A stretch of 13,931 nt of DNA from a virus, in IMG/VR virus record IMGVR_UViG_3300010163_000397, positions 1 to 13,931 of that record; one strand, written 5' to 3'. Numbering within the stretch: the stretch's first letter is position 1; every line of letters starts with the position of its first letter. Positions 12,866 through 13,931 of this stretch are shown in pieces. The notes beneath the pieces are model-generated. The model made no database searches. It saw only the letters and a list, made by a program, of their open reading frames with translations, and was not told where the DNA came from. The position numbers were made by a program, and so were the translations under genes.

Positions 12866-13931
12866 AGGCAACAAGCGGGCCAGTATAATATCAAGACGGT
12901 TACGGGGCTTAACCAGTCTCTCGTGATTCGGCTGTTGGATTTTCAGGGCGACCCCGTAGATATGAGCGGCATCACCCTCCGCGGTGCGGTGCGCCTCAAG
13001 AGCGGCGTTTCAGAGTTCGGCTTTTCCCGTGATGTTGAAGGCAACAGCGTGATTTCATGGGAATCCGTTCCCGCCGGAATGTGGGCCTACGATCTTTTCA
13101 TGGACGACGGGAAAGAAGAAAAGCCGCTGCTTTTCGGAACCTTCATTTCATCCGGGCGGGTGACGCCGGATTTGCCGGATGAACAGCAGGCCGTTGCCGG
13201 GGCTGTGTTAGTCCAGCTTCCGGAAAAAACCGGATGCGTGCAAATCGTTCTTAACAACGCGTCAAGTGCTGCCTGGTATGCCGAACAGGCTAAAAAATAC
13301 GCCGAAAATTTCGGCTTGTCCGTGGGAAAAGTCACCACCGGAGAGCCCGGCACGCCAGCGGCCGCGGAAGCCGTCCGGGGAGAGGAACCCGGTTCATACG
13401 TCCTTTCATTTACGATCCCTCAAGGCCCGGAAGGTCTGCAAGGCCCGGTTGGCCCCCAAGGAGAGCCCGGCCCTCAAGGAGTTCCGGGCCCAACAGGCCC
13501 GCAGGGGGCAACAGGGGAACAAGGCCCGCAAGGGCCCAGGGGGGAACAGGGTGAACGCGGCCCGGAAGGCCCTCAGGGGCCGCAGGGCGAAACAGGCCCC
13601 CAGGGCCCGGCGGGGCCTGTTGGGCCTCAAGGCCCGCAGGGAGAAAAAGGGGATGCGGGCGATGTAAATGCGGATTCATCCTACATTTGGATTCAACCAC
13701 AGACTTTTACCGGAGCCATCAACGCCAACGGGGGCATCAACATTCCTCTTGCCGTGGGGGCGCCAACAGAAACGGCGGCGGTCAATCGCCTGTACGCTGC
13801 CGGGCTGGCTGCCGTGACGGAGGCGTTTTCTCCGCAAAGTTTCCTTTCAAGCTTCACCCTGTACGGCGGGAGCGTCGCCGTAGATCAGACGGTTCCCGGC
13901 CAGATGTGGAAACTCCGCAAGACGTCCGCAG
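12866..13931 (+). CDS. Collagen-like tail fibre protein (3' partial, runs off the window); start unresolved
   Basis: It is absent from the ORF track because it has no stop in the window. I translated the frame containing 13424 by hand and it is open from 12812 to 13931.
- The N-terminal region ([37 protein letters not shown]...[31 protein letters not shown]) looks like the Ig-like N-terminal domain common in phage fibre/baseplate proteins.
- 27 Gly-X-Y triplets follow.
- The C-terminus reads [27 protein letters not shown]...
- Start candidates are ATG 12824 (inside the hairpin), AGG 12866 and ATG 12962. Confidence 0.85.
13424..13666 (+). repeat. Collagen-like Gly-X-Y repeat region (27 triplets)
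   Basis: [81 protein letters not shown], read directly in frame. Confidence 0.95.

Larger units (their letters stand above)
1..13931. mobile_element. Segment of a tailed bacteriophage / prophage genome: early module, divergent regulatory region, rightward late packaging-head-tail operon
   Basis: Canonical phage gene order: TerS, TerL, portal, protease/scaffold, decoration, major capsid, connectors, tail, fibre. Gene junctions are tightly coupled, including ATGA overlaps at 9378-9381 and 11164-11167. A tRNA is embedded in the operon. No integrase, lysis genes or att sites are visible in the window, so phage versus prophage cannot be decided. Confidence 0.9.

Noticed and set aside
13266-13700. 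ORFs 13266..13667 (+), 13406..13630 (-) and 13410..13700 (-), which are Arg/Pro/Gly-rich
   Set aside because: They are alternative-frame and antisense readings of the GGN-CCN-rich collagen repeat. The Gly-X-Y frame is the only one continuous with the flanking globular domains.

Overview
The window is a contiguous piece of a tailed-phage or prophage genome at roughly 50% GC. All calls were made by eye from the sequence and the ORF track. Protein-family names come from remembered motif patterns, not from a database search.

Layout:
- 1-1804 (+): early genes. These are a C-terminal gene fragment, a PD-(D/E)XK MmcB-like nuclease, and a putative replication or DNA-binding protein with a low-complexity linker.
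- 1805-1885: a convergent junction carrying two direct repeats and a GC hairpin.
- 1886-2793 (-): a two-gene leftward operon. It encodes a small hypothetical protein and an acidic-N-terminus/HTH-C-terminus regulator.
- 2794-2987: a divergent control region. It has a 17-bp perfect palindrome inside the spacer of a leftward promoter, and a near-consensus rightward promoter.
- About 2988 to the window end (+): a tightly packed late operon. In order: TerS, TerL, a tRNA, a Mu gp29-like portal, a Mu gpI-like protease/scaffold, a DUF2190-like decoration protein, the major capsid protein, connector/neck proteins, two small proteins (one with six perfect 18-bp repeats), a putative major tail protein, and a collagen-like tail fibre that runs off the window.

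Main hunt result: the tRNA at 4935-5008 has the hallmarks of a bacterial initiator tRNA. These are a C1xA72 mismatch, G2:C71 and C3:G70, three consecutive G:C pairs closing the anticodon stem, and an encoded A73-CCA. Its anticodon, however, is CCU (reading AGG) rather than CAU.

In the same operon the TerS gene has a clearly conserved N-terminal HTH region with no ATG, GTG, TTG or CTG in frame. It does have in-frame AGG codons. The portal, the putative tail protein and the tail fibre also have in-frame AGG codons exactly where a start is expected. All of these AGGs are preceded by C, so the tetranucleotide CAGG is complementary to tRNA positions 34-37.

I propose, as an unproven hypothesis, a phage-encoded initiator tRNA that licenses AGG-initiated late genes. 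The ordinary explanation is an elongator tRNA-Arg(CCU) combined with mis-set or rare starts. That explanation remains open and is stated in each finding.
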